Part shown: positions 23,925 to 35,800 of the stretch, one piece after another | Numbering within the stretch: the stretch's first letter is position 1 | Layout of the letters: each line of letters opens with the position of its first letter | NCBI RefSeq assembly: GCF_963921235.1 | Contig: NC_086101.1 | Coordinates: 1,116,001 to 1,180,000 of the forward strand | Length of the DNA stretch: 64,000 bases | Reading direction: 5' to 3' | Source: Mobula hypostoma | Lineage: Eukaryota | Made by a program: the position numbers and the translations under genes | Notes under the pieces: model-generated | Databases searched by the model: none | What the model was told of the DNA's origin: nothing | Seen by the model: the letters and a program-made list of their open reading frames with translations, nothing else

Positions 23925-26075
23925 ACTCAAAGGACAATTTGTTGGTGATGAGAGTAAAATAAATGTAAGGAAGGAGAAGCCAATGATTGGGTACAAATGG
24001 AGACAGAGCAAAGAGTTAAATTGCACCACAGAGGCTAAATTCAAAAATGAAGTATGCTGGACTGAAGGTGTTGTATTTAAATGCACATCGCATTCAGAAT
24101 AAAGTTATCAAAGTCATGGTGCAATTAGAGTTCGGTCAGTATGACGTTGTGGGCATCACTGAGTCGTGGCTGAAAGAGGCCATAGTTGGGAGTTTAATAT
24201 CAAAGGATATACTTGGTATCAAAAGGACAGGCAGGAAGGCATAGGCAGTGGTGTGGCTCTGATGGTTGAGATGGAATTACATCTTTAGAAAGAAGTGACA
24301 TGAAGTCAGACAATGAATCAATGAATGGTGTCGGATTGCAAAAGAGGCAATTTGTTGAATGCCTATGAGATGGCATTTTAAAGCAGCTTGTGTTTGAGCC
24401 TACTCAAGGAAAATTTATCTTAGATTGGGTGTTGAGCAATAACCCAGATCTTATTCAGGAGCATAATGTAAAAGAACCTTTCAGAGGTGTGATCATAATA
24501 TGATTGAATTCATACAGCAGTTTGAGAGGGAGAAGCATAACTCACCAGTATCTGTACTACAGTGGAATAAAGGGAATTACAGAGACATGTGAGGAGCTTG
24601 CCCAGGTAGATTGACGGAGGATACTGGTGGGGATGATGGCAGAACAGGGATGGTTGAAGTTTCTGGGAGTAGTTCACAAGGCGAAGGATAGATATGTCCC
24701 ACAGAGGAAGATGTTCACAAATGGCAGTGGTAGGCAACCGTGGCTGAATAAGCAAGTTAAGGACTGTATAAAAGCCAAGAAAAAGGCATATAAGGTAGCA
24801 AAAGAGGGTGGGAAATTGGATGATTGGGAAGCTTTTAAAATCCAACAAAAGGCAACTAAATAAGCTATAAGAGGGGAAAAGATGAGAGCAGACTAGCCAA
24901 TAATATAAAATAGGATACCAAAAGTTTTTTCAGTAATGCAAAGAGTAGAAACATAGAAACATAGAAAACCTACAGCACAATACAGGCCCTTCCTCGGGGG
25001 CAGCAATGGCTACTTCAAGTCCCAGGCTTTAGATGTTTCAGAAAGGACAGGGAGGGAGGCAAAAGAGGTGGGGGCATGGCACTGTTGATCAGAGAGAGTG
25101 TCACGGCTGCAGAAAAGGAGGAAGTCATAGAGCGATTGTCTACGGAGTCTCTGTGGGTGGGAGTTAGGAATAGGAAGGAGTCAATAAGTCTACTGGGTGT
25201 TTTTTATAGACCACCAAATAGTAACAGGGACATCCAGGAGCAGATAGGGAGACAGATTCTGGAAAGGAGTAATAATAACAGGGTTGTTGTGGTGGGAGAT
25301 CTTAATTTCAAATATTGATTGGCATCTCCCTAGAGTGAGGGGTTTAGATGAGTGTTGTTTGTTAGGTGTATTCCGGAAGGTTTTTTTGACACAATGTGTA
25401 GGTAAGCCTACAAGAGGAGAGGCTGTACTTGATCTGGTATTAGGAAATGAACCTGGTCAGGTGTCAGGTCTCTCAGTGGGAGAGCATTTTTGAGATTCTT
25501 CATTACGATAGCACTGGAGAGGGATAGGAACAGACAAGTTAGGGAAATGTTTAATTGGAGTAAGGGGAAATATGAGGCTATCAGGCAGGAACTTGGAAGC
25601 ATAAATTGGAAACAGATGTTCTCAGGGAAACGTGCGGAAGAAATATGGCAAATGTTCAGGGGATATTGTGTGGGGTTCTGTGTAGATATGTTCCAATGAG
25701 ACAGGGAAAGGATGGCAGGGTACAGGAACTGTGGTGTACAAAGGCTGTTGTAATTCTATTCAAGAAGAAAAGAAGAGCTTATGAAAGGTTCAAAAAACTA
25801 GGTAATGATAGAGATCTAGAAGATTATAAGGCTAGCAGGAAGGAGCTTAAGAATGAAATTAGGAGAGCCAGAAGGGGCCGTGAGAAGGCCTTGGCAGACA
25901 GGAAAGGGTGTAGAGGAGATTTACAAGGATGTTGCCTGGATTGGGGAGCATGCCTTATGAGAATAGGTTGAGTGAACTCGGCTTTTTCTCTTTGGAGCGA
26001 CGGAGGACGGAGGATGAGATGAGAGGATTGACTCGATGGGCTGAATGGCCTACTTCTGCTCCTATAGCTTATGAT
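23925..26075 (+). mobile_element. Patchwork of CR1 endonuclease-region fragments
   Basis: LYLNAH..ITESWL, YRPPNS, GDLN motifs. Confidence 0.75.
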
Positions 26076-26379
26076 CTTAATAATGGACACTGCCCTTAGG
26101 AGTCACCATTCCTTGAAGATGACCTGGGTACTTTGTAGGCTAGAACCCAAGATGGAGCCAACTAAATTTATAACCCTCTGCAGCTTCTTTCAGTCCTATG
26201 CAGTAGCTCCCCACACCAGACAGTGACGCAGCCTATCGGAATGCTCTCTACGGTATAACTGTAGAAGTTTACCCAGTAATTCGACATACCACAGGCTCTC
26301 CCTCTCTCTCTAACAAGGGAAAAAGAAGTGTCCCCATTTCACAGCAAGACGGGAGACATAACAAACAATGCGCTGATCT

Positions 26380-26437
26380 ATGATGTTAAAAATCCAACAA
26401 ATAAAAGTGATATTCAAATATCCTTTTGACATGGGAG
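26380..26437 (+). CDS. Candidate start/leader exon for the Ig receptor (weak)
   Basis: ATG at 26380, donor G|gtaaat in phase 1, upstream acceptor ccccatttcacag| at 26344. Joins to give MMLKIQQIKVIFKYPFDMG-GWNTALA|NP with an A-x-A site, but the hydrophobic core is poor for a signal peptide. Confidence 0.2.
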
Positions 26438-26499
26438 GTAAATAAGAGGAAAGTGTACAGTCCTCGGCAGGACCCACAAGAGAATCCTCTTGGGGCACA

Positions 26500-27460
26500 C
26501 AAGATGGCAGGACCATTGGTGTACAGTAGATGGCAGGAGTCACAGGACCATTGGTGTACAGTAGATGGCAGGACCCACAGGACCATTGGTGTACAGTAGA
26601 TGGCTGGATCCATGGGACCATCGGTGTACAGTAGATGCAGGACCTCACTGAAGCATCAGTGTACCATCGGAGGGACCCACAGGACCATTGGTGTACAGTA
26701 GACGGCAGGACCCATGGGACCATTGGTGTACAGTAGATAGCAGGAGTCACTGGAGCATTGGTGTACAGTAGATGGCAGGACCCACAGAACTGAGAGGTAA
26801 TGTTGCAGCTGTATAGGAACCTAGTCAGACCTCACTTGGAGTACTGTGCTCAGTTCTGGTCGCCTCACTACAGAAAGGACGTGGAAACTATAGAAAGGGT
26901 GCAGAGGAGATTTACAAGGATGTTGCCTGGATTGGGGAGCATGCCTTATGAGAATAGGTTGAGTGAACTCCGCCTTTTCTCCTTGGAGGAACGGAGGATG
27001 AGAGGTGACCTGATAGAGGCTAGCATGAGAGGGCACAGTTTTAAGGTGCTTGGAAGCAGGTACAGAGGAGATGGCAGGGGTAAGTCTTTTACACAGAGAG
27101 CAGTGAGTGCGCGGAATTTGCTGCCGGCGGTGGTGGTGGAGGCGGAATTGATAGGGTCTTTTAAGAGACTCCTGGATGGATACATGGAGCTTAGAAAAAT
27201 AGAGGGCTATGGGTAAGCCTGGGTAGTTCTAAGGTAGGGACATGTTCGGCACAGCTTTGTGGGCCGAAGGGCCTGTATTGTGCTGTAGGTTTTCTATGTT
27301 TCTAACCATTGGTGTACAGTAGATGGCAGCAGTCACAGGAGCATTGGTGTACACTAGATGCAGGACTTGCAGGACCATTGGTGTACAGTAGATGACAGGA
27401 GTCACAGGGCCATTGGTGTTTAGTAGATAGCAGGACTTGCAGGATCATTGGAGTACAGAG
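26500..27460. repeat. 35-bp minisatellite split by a CR1
   Basis: Unit GGACCATTGGTGTACAGTAGATGGCAGGAGTCACA; GACCA recurs at 26511, 26546, 26581 and 26616; the array resumes at 27305. Confidence 0.9.
26788..27304 (+). mobile_element. CR1 3' fragment inserted into the 35-bp minisatellite
   Basis: RPHLEYC..QRRFTRML; internal deletion at ~27020; TTCTATGTTTCTA tail. Confidence 0.85.
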
Positions 27461-27609
27461 GGATCTTGGACTGCACCCATTGCATCCTGTAAGTGGAAAC
27501 ACAAATAGTTATTGTGCATAATAATACATAACAGCATATTTGCTTTCAATGGTTGGGGTTATGAGTATAAAAGTTAGGAAAATATAACCTTCCTTGTTTA
27601 AGAGAAGAT

Positions 27610-27896
27610 GGCAAAAGGGATATGAGAGGTTCATGGGACAGGAGGCCCAGGGAGAAGGAAAAGGGGGAGGGGGAAAAACCCAGAGGATGGGCAAGGAGTA
27701 TAGGCAGAGGGACAGAGGGAGAAAAAGGAGAGAGAGAGAAAGAATGTGTGTATATAAATAAATAAATAACAGATGGGGTACGAGGGGGAGGTGGGGCATT
27801 AGCAGAAGTTTGAGAAGTCAATGTTCATGCCATCAGGTTGGAGACTACCCAGACGGAATATAAGGTGTTGTTCCTCCAACCTGAGTGTGGCTTCAG
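27610..27896 (-). mobile_element. Penelope fragment (end of GIY-YIG ORF plus 3' UTR)
   Basis: Clearly similar to 19662-19937 (gaagtcaatgttcatgccatcaggttgga...cctccaacctgagtgtggcttca). Confidence 0.85.
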
Positions 27897-27899
27897 TAA

Positions 27900-28195
27900 A
27901 TATAGTCTGTTATTGTCTGTGTGGGTCTGCCTGTCTGTTTGTCTGTCTCCCTTGGTTTTTATCTCTGTCTGTCTGCCACTCTCTCAATCCCCTTTTACCC
28001 CCCGATTCCCCCCTCCCACCCCTCCCCTTCCCCTTCCACCCTCCCCCTTCCCTCCTTCCTTTTTTCTTTGTACCTCTCTCCCACTGTCTTATACTTTCTA
28101 TCATTCCCTCCCTTCACTTCCTTTCTACCTTCTCTCCTTCACTCTATCTTCTCACCCACATCAGCATTTCTCCTTCCCCCTACTCACTTCCAAGA
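27900..28195. repeat. Pyrimidine-rich low-complexity tract
   Basis: (TGTC)n-like, then C/T-rich sequence upstream of the IgV exon. Confidence 0.7.
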
Positions 28196-28303
28196 AAAAC
28201 CATCGTCTTACAAATAGCTAGTGACAGAAAATGGGGAAAAGGGATAGAAAATGGAATTTGATGCTCTGTGGTTTGTATCATATTGTGTGAACATTTTCTC
28301 TAG

Positions 28304-28645
28304 GTTGGAACACAGCCTTAGCAAATCCACAGAAGTTCATGGATGGAAGAATTAATCAGACTGTGCAGTTTCCTCTGTGCCACAACATCAGTGAGCCAGA
28401 GCACCTCTTTAATTTGGAGTGGCGATTCATTCAGGAAGGGATACGAAGTTCAATCCTCACATTTTCACCCAACTTCCTACACCCATTCATCTCAGAGACT
28501 TTCAAAACCCGTGTGAATTTCAACAGGACCAATGCAGTGTTACTCCTTAAAGACATACAAACTACAGACGAAGGAACTTATGAACTGGAAGTTACAAATG
28601 CAGCCGGGAAATCGTCTAAACGCTCAGTTTTTCTAACTGTAAATG
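28304..28645 (+). CDS. Exon encoding the N-terminal IgV-like domain of a type I Ig-superfamily receptor (CD2/SLAM/HEPACAM/CEACAM-like)
   Basis: Acceptor ttttctctag| and donor G|gtaaac; 342 nt, phase 1-1, open. Translates WNTALANPQKFMDGRINQTVQFPLC...LEWRF...RVNFNRTNAVLLLKDIQTTDEGTYELEV...VFLTVN, with V-set hallmarks (C-strand W, L-x-L-x-x-I-x-x-x-D-x-G-x-Y) but no F-strand Cys. Unique, non-repeat sequence. Confidence 0.88.
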
Positions 28646-29049
28646 GTAAACTCATTTCACTTCTTTGAATGGTCTCGGCCTGCTACACAATATGTGGCAG
28701 ATATCAGTGTAGGACCGGGTCTGTGTTGATTCCACCTTGAGTGATCATATCAATCCAGGGATCACATTGCCCTTTTTGTGGCTAATTTCACTGTTAATAA
28801 GCAAAGATGTCTGAAGTACAGATTCACGAGGTTAATTCCACCAAGATTTCCTACCATACTTCCGGGTACGGAGGAGTTGTCTTGTGGGCTAAATGCGAGG
28901 TATTGCATTTTGGGAGATCAAGCTAGGGACGGACAGACAGTGAATAATAGGGTCTGGTGAGTGTTATAGTTTAAAGAAGCAGGTGATAGTTTGCTGAAAG
29001 TGGCAGCACTAGTAAATAGGGTTGTGAAGTGGGCATATGGCACACAAGC

Positions 29050-30835
29050 TACATAAGACTGCAGGAGATAGGAGCCGAATAAGGCCATTCAGCCCTGCGA
29101 GCCTGCTCCCCCATTCCATCATGTCTGATCCTGGATCCCACTCAACCCCATTCACATGCCTCCTCCTCAGCCCATCCAGTCTGCTCCACCATTTCTTCAT
29201 GGTTCATCCATTTTCCTCTCAAACCCAGTCTCCTGTCCTCTCCCTGAATCCCTTCATGCCTTGACCAATCAAGAATCTATCAATACCTGCTTTAAATATA
29301 CGTAAAGACTTGGCCTCCACAGCCATCTGTGGCAAGAAAATTCCACAGATTTACCACTCTCTGGCTAAAGAAGATGATCTTCATCTCCATTCTAAAAGGA
29401 CGTCCGTCTATTCTAAGGTTGTGTCCTCTGGTCTTAGACTCCACCACCATTGGAAACATCCTCTCCACCCCCACTCAATCAACACCTTTCATGATTTGAT
29501 AGGTTTCAATTAGGTTCCAGTGAATACAGGCCCAGAGCCATCAAGCATTTTTCATCTGACAAGCCGTTCAAAGCTGGAATCATTTTTGCGAACATCCTTT
29601 CAAGCCTCTCCAGTGTCTACATATCCTTTCCCAGATAAGGAGAAAAGATAAAAAAAGCAAAAGACAGGGCATACAAGGAAGCCAAAGTTAGTGGGAAGAT
29701 AGAGGATCGGGAAGCTTTTAAAAACTTGCAGAAGGAAACTAAGAAGGTCATTGGGAAGGAAAAGATGAATTATGAGAGGAAGCTGGCGACTAATATCAAG
29801 GAAGATACTAAAAGCTTTTTTAAGTATATAAAGGGTAAAAGAGAGTCAAGGGTAGATATAGGACCAATAGAAAATGGTTCTGGAGATATTATAACGAGAA
29901 ACGCAGAGATGGCAGAGGAACTGAATCCGTATTTGGAAGACATCTACAGTATATCGGACATCCAAGAGTGTCAGGGAAGTGAAGTTTGTGCAGTGAAAAT
30001 TACAACTGAGAAGGTGCTCAGGAAGCTTAATGTATTGATGATGGAGACATCTCCTAGACCTGATGGAATGCACCCTTGGGTTCTGAAGGAAGTAGCTGGA
30101 GAGACTGCGGAGACATTAACATTGGTCTTTCAAGAATCAATAGATTCTAGCATTGTACTGATTGTCTGGAAAATTGCAAACTTACAAATTGCAAATCAGG
30201 GGTAAGTTTTTTAGGCATAGAGTGGTGAGTATGTGGAATGGGCTGCCAATGACAGTGGTGGAGGAGGATGCAATAGGGTCTTTTAAGAGACTCGTGCTTA
30301 GGTACATGGAGCTTAGAAAAATAGAGGGCTATGGGTAGGCCTAGGTAATTTCTAAAGTAAGGACATGTTCGACACAGCATTGTGAGCTAAAGGGCCTGTA
30401 TTGTGCTGTAGTTTCTATATTTCTATGTTTCTACTCATGATTTCAATGTGTAAAGTCAAGGAATTCCATATTGTTAGTGTTGCTGGCCAGTGATAGAACA
30501 TAGAAATTTACAGCACATTTACAGGCCCTTCGTCCTACAATGTTCTGCCGACCATGTCAACTACTCTGGAAACTGCCTAGAGTTTACCTCGTTCATAGTT
30601 CTCTATTTTTCTAAGTTCCATGTACCTATCTAAGAGACTCTTAAAAGACCCGATTGTATCCGTTTCCACCACCACCGCCGGCCGTGCTTTTCACACACCC
30701 ACCACTTTCTGTGTGAAAAATTCCCCTCGGTACCTATTTCCAAGCACCCTCGTATTAGCCATTTCAGCCCTGGGCAAAAGCCTCTGGCTCTCCACACAAT
30801 CAATGCCCCTCATCATCTTATACACCTCTATCAGG
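29050..30835. mobile_element. CR1 fragments in both orientations (intronic)
   Basis: CR1 3' UTR and ORF2 motifs. Confidence 0.75.
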
Positions 30836-31150
30836 TTTCAAAGTTTCAAAGTTACATTTAAAGTCAGAGAAATATATACAATATACACCTTGAAATGCTC
30901 TTTCTTCACAACCATCCACAAAAACAGAGGAGTGCCCACAAAGAATGAATAACAGTTAAATGTTAGAATCCTAAAGTCCCCCCCAGCTCCCCTCCCTCCG
31001 ATGCGTAAGTGGCAGCGAGCAACAATTGCCCCCTCCCCCTACCGGCAAAAAAAAAGCATGGGGACCCGTCACCGAGCACACAAGCGTGAGCAAAGCAACA
31101 ATAAAGACACAGACTTGCAGTTACCCCAAAGACTACATTGCTCACCTGGC
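30836..31150 (-). mobile_element. 3' fragment of the 46690-47292 repeat family
   Basis: Direct similarity to 47000-47290; (CTTTGAAA)-type tail. Confidence 0.6.
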
Positions 31151-31156
31151 TTTTAA

Positions 31157-31838
31157 TCATAGTCATACTTTATTGATCCTGGGGGAAATTGGTTTTCGTT
31201 ACAGTTGCACCATAAATAATAAATAGTAATAGGACCATAAATAGTTAAATAGTAATATGTAAATTATGCCAGTAAATTATGAAATAAATCCAGGACCAGC
31301 CCATTGGCTCAGGGTGTCTGACCCTCCAAGGGAGGAGTTGTAAAGTTTGATGGCCACAGGCAGGAATGACTTCCTATGACGCTCTGTGCTGCATCTCGGT
31401 GGAATGAGTCTCTGGCTGAATGTACTCCTGTGCCCAACCAGTACATTATGTAGTGGATGGGAGACACTGACCAAGATGGCATGCAACTTAGACAGCATCC
31501 TCTTTTCAGACACCACCGTGAGAGAGTTCAGTTCCATCCCCACAACATCACTGGCCTTACCAATGAGTTTGTTGATTCTGCTGGTGTCTGCTACCCTCAG
31601 CCTGCTGCCCCAGCACACAACAGCAAACATGATAGCACTGGCCACCACAGACTCGTAGAACATCCTCAGCATCGTCCGACAGATGATAAAGGACCTCAGT
31701 CTCCTCAGGAAATAGAGACGGCTCTGACCCTTCTTGTAGACAGCCTCAGTGTTCTTTGACCAGTCCAGTTTATTGTCAATTCGTATCCCCAGGTATTTGT
31801 ATTCCTCCACCATGTCCACACTGACCCCCTGGATGGAA
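31157..31838 (-). mobile_element. Rex1/Babar 3' fragment with open C-terminal ORF
   Basis: YKYLGIRIDNKLDWSKNT..RLYFLRRLRSF..RKSFLPVAIKLYN (31277-31819). Confidence 0.85.
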
Positions 31839-31839
31839 A

Positions 31840-31985
31840 TGTGCAGGCTGGTAGTTAATTAGTTATTGTAGGTTGCCCTGTGATTAAATGGGGGTTGCTG
31901 GGCGGAACAGGGAACGGTTCAAAGGGCCAGAAGTGCCTAATCTGCACTGGACCTCAACAAACAAACAAAGGAATAAATAGACAAA
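31840..31985 (+). mobile_element. Degraded SINE 3' portion (V-SINE/HE1-like)
   Basis: ggtagttaattagttattgtaggttgccc resembles the recalled V-SINE central domain; ends in an (ACAA)n tail. Confidence 0.35.
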
Positions 31986-32889
31986 CGGATGTTAATGACA
32001 GACTTCAGAGAAGTTGCCAATAACAAGGAAGATTGACTATGGATACAGCACAATATAAATCTGTTGGAACACTGATCTGAGAAATCTCAATCCTGACTAG
32101 GGCAAGGTGATGCATTTATGAAATAAAATAGGCCAGCGGAAAGGCGGGGAGATGAAGGCGTGTGCTATAGCTGACCTCATGGCTCAGGCATGGGAGTGAC
32201 AGCTGAGGTGTTATGTTTCAATTTCACAAAACTGTGAGTTGTCTGCATTTAGTGTATTGCATGCTGTTAAGGTCACCACATTACAGGAAGGATGCAAGGA
32301 TGTAGTTATAAACTGAAAACTGAAAATGACTCATTTATTCCAATTCCCAGAACTCTGTCCCATATCTTTGCTGAAATGTGACTCCGAAGCCATGGGCTCT
32401 TCTGTAATCTTTTATGTGGCACTCACCTACTAGATAAGAAAATTCCCAACTGTACCTCCTGTATTTTTCTCTCTTCCCACACTTCAACCACTCCTCCTAG
32501 ATGTCACCATATTTACACGGCTAACTACTTGACCGACCCAGTTATCTTTGTGTGGCTGGACTGGGGAACGGACTCAGGGGGTAAGTGCAGACCAGGACTG
32601 ATACCAGCCTGCTGGAACTGTAAAGCGGTTCTCCTACCACTCCATCACTACGTCACCCGAGCCCAGACGAGGTGTGGGCTGTCCATTTGCCTCCACAGAT
32701 GTTGCCCAGCCTGCTGAGTTCCTCCAGCAATTTGTTTGCAGCTCCACATTCTTGCATCTGTAGCTTTTTGTGTCATCTCTCAATATTGTGTTAAAAAAAT
32801 TATCCAAAATTTACTCTATAAACTCAGCCTTAGTGTTACTTTAGATCAGTCCAATCGAAATCTAACTCATGATGTTTGCAGTACTTCCT

Positions 32890-35800
32890 GTATAAGATGA
32901 TCTTGTTGCACTTCTACACATCTTCGGATACGATGTTGCTGCCATCAGTAAATGGTGGCTGAAAGGTGGTTGTAGTTGGGAGCTGAATGTCCAAGGTTAC
33001 ACATTATATTAGAGGAGGATGAAGGTCGGCAGAGGGGATGGCGTGGCTATGCTGGTAAAAAAATAGCATCAATCATTAAAAAGATGTGACATAGGATTGG
33101 AAGGTGTTGAATCCGTGTGTGTTGAGTTAAAGAAACTGCAAGAGTCAAAGAATTCTGATGGCATTATATACAGGCCTCCAAACAGTAACTAGGATGTGGA
33201 CTACAGATTATAACGGGAAGTAGAAAAGGTTATTGCAAAAGGGCAATGTTATAATAGTTATGGGAGACTTCAACATGCTGGTAAATTGGGAAATTAGGTT
33301 GATAATGCAACTCAAGGGAGTGGATTTGTTGAATGCCTACGAGACGGCTTTTTAGAGCAGTTTGTCATTGAGCCTACTGGGGATAAACTATACTAGATTG
33401 GGTATTATGCAATGAACTAGAGGTGATTAGGAAGCTTAAGGTAAAGGACAATGACACCTGCAAGAAGTGCATCCAGCTGCAGCTCCTAACAAACCGCGTT
33501 AGGGAACTGGAGCAGGAGCTGGATGACCTGCGGATCATTCGGGAGAATGAGGAGATTATAGATAGTAGCTACAGGGAGGTAGTTACGCCAAAGGAGCAGA
33601 GGACAGGAAATTGGGTCACTGTCAGGCGAGGGAAGAGGAAAGGGCAGGCAGAACATGGTTCCCCTGTGGATATTCCCCTCAACAACAAGTATACCGCATT
33701 GGATACTGTTGGGGGGGATGACTTAACTGGGACAAGCTGCAGTAGCCGGATCTCTGGCACTGAATCTGGCTCTGTTGTGCAGAACGGAGGGGGGAAAAGA
33801 GGAGAGCGATAGTGATAGGGGACTCAATAGTTAAGTACAGAAAGGAGGTTCTGTGGTTGTGACAGAGACTCCCAATGGTTTGTTGCCTCCTGGGTGCCAG
33901 CGTCAGGAATGTCTCTGGATGTGATTGGGAAGTGAGAGGCCTTCAAAGGAGACATTTTGAGAGTGCAGAGTTTGTATGTTCCTGTCAGAATTAAAGGCAA
34001 AGTGAATAAGAATAAAGAACCTTGGTTCTGAAGGGATATTGGAACTCTGATAAAGAAGAAGAGAGAGATGTATGACATGTATAGGAAACAGGGAGCAAAT
34101 AAGGTGCTTGAGGAGTATAAAAAGTTCAAAAAAATACTTAAGAAAGAAATCAGGAGGGCTAAAAGAAGACATGAGTTTGCTTTGGCAGTCAAGGTGAAGG
34201 ATAATCCAAAGAGCTTCTACAGGAATATTAAGAGCAAAAGGATAGTAAGGGATAAAATTGGTCCTCTTGAAGATCAGAGTGATCAGCTATGTATGGAACC
34301 AAAAGAAATGGGGAGATCTTAAATGGTTTTTTTTGCGTCTGTATTTACTAAGGAAACTGGCATGGAGTCAATGGAAATAAGGCAAACAAGTAGTGAGGTC
34401 ATGGAACCTATACAGATTGAGGAGGAGGAGGTGCTTGCTATCTTGAGGCAAATCAGAGTAGATGAATCCCCAGGACCTGACAGAGTGTTCCCTCGGACCT
34501 TGAAGGAGACTAGTGTTGAAATTTCAGGGGCCCTGGCAGATATATTTAAGATGTCGGTATCTACGGGTGAGGTGCCGGAGGATTGGAGGATACCTCATGT
34601 TACTCCATTGTTTAAAAAAGGCTCTAAAAGTAATCCAGGAAATTATAGGCCGGTAAATTTGACGTCGGTAGTAGGTAAGTTATTGGAGGGAGTACTAAAA
34701 GACAGAATCTACAAGTATTTGGATAGACAGAAACTTATTAGGGAGAGTCAACATGGCTTTGTGCGTGGTAGGTCATGTTTAACAAAGCTATTAGAGTTTT
34801 TCGAGGAGGTTACCAGGAAAGTGGATGAAGGGAAGGCAGTGGATGTTGTCTACATGGACTTCAGTAAGGCCTTTGACGAGGTCCCGCATGGGAGGTTAGT
34901 TAGGAAAATTCAGTCGCTAGGTATACATGGAGAGGTGGTAAATTGGATCAGACATTGGCTCAATGGAAGAAGCCAAAGAGTGGTAGTAGAGAATTGCTTC
35001 TCCGAGTGGAGCCCTGTGACTAGTGGTGTGCCACAGGGATCAGTGCTGGGTCCATTGTTATTTGTCATCTATATCAATGATCTGGATGATAATGTGATAA
35101 ATTGGATCAGCAAATTTGCTGATGATACAAAGATTGCAGGTGTAGTGGACAGTGAGGAAGGTTTTCAAAGCTTGCAGAGGGATTTGGAGCAGTTGGAAAA
35201 ATGGGCTGAAAAATGGCAGATGGAGTTTAATACAGACAAGTGTGAGGTATTGCACTTTGGAAGGACAAACCAAGGTAGAACATATAGGGTTAATGGTAAG
35301 GCACTGAGGAGTGCAGTGGAACAGAGGGATCTGGGAATACAGATACAAAATTCCCTAAAAGTGGCGTCACAGGTAGATAGGGTCGTAAAGAGAACTTTTG
35401 GTACATTGGCCTTTATAAATCAAAGTATTGAGTATAAGAGTTGGAATGTTATGGTGAGGTTGTATAAGGCATTGGTGAGGCTGAATTTGGAGTATTGTGT
35501 ACAATTTTGGTCACCAAATTACAGGAAGGATATAAAGAAGGTTGAAAGAGTGCAGAGAAGGTTTACAAGGATGCTGCCGGGACTTGAGAAACTCAGTTAC
35601 AGAGAAATGTTGAATAGGTTAGGACTTTATTCCCTGGAGCGTAGAAGAATGAGGGGAGATTTGATAGAGGTATATAAAATTATGATGGGTATAGAAAGAG
35701 TGAATGCAAGCAGGCTTTTTCCATGTGACTGTGAGAATAGGAATAGAATGAGGTAGAGGATAAATGTGTGGCTGAGGGATTGGAGCAGGGGGCAGGGATT

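Noticed and set aside
26500..27460. 35-bp repeats as a CRISPR array or Cys-rich protein
   Set aside because: Head-to-tail minisatellite without spacers, and interrupted by a CR1.
27821..28261. Hydrophobic or proline-rich ORFs upstream of the IgV exon
   Set aside because: Translations of a Penelope antisense fragment plus a low-complexity pyrimidine tract.
34323..35756. 477-aa reverse transcriptase as a host or domesticated gene
   Set aside because: Ordinary CR1 ORF2 fragment, frameshifted upstream and truncated downstream, with a near-identical sibling at 3146-3919.
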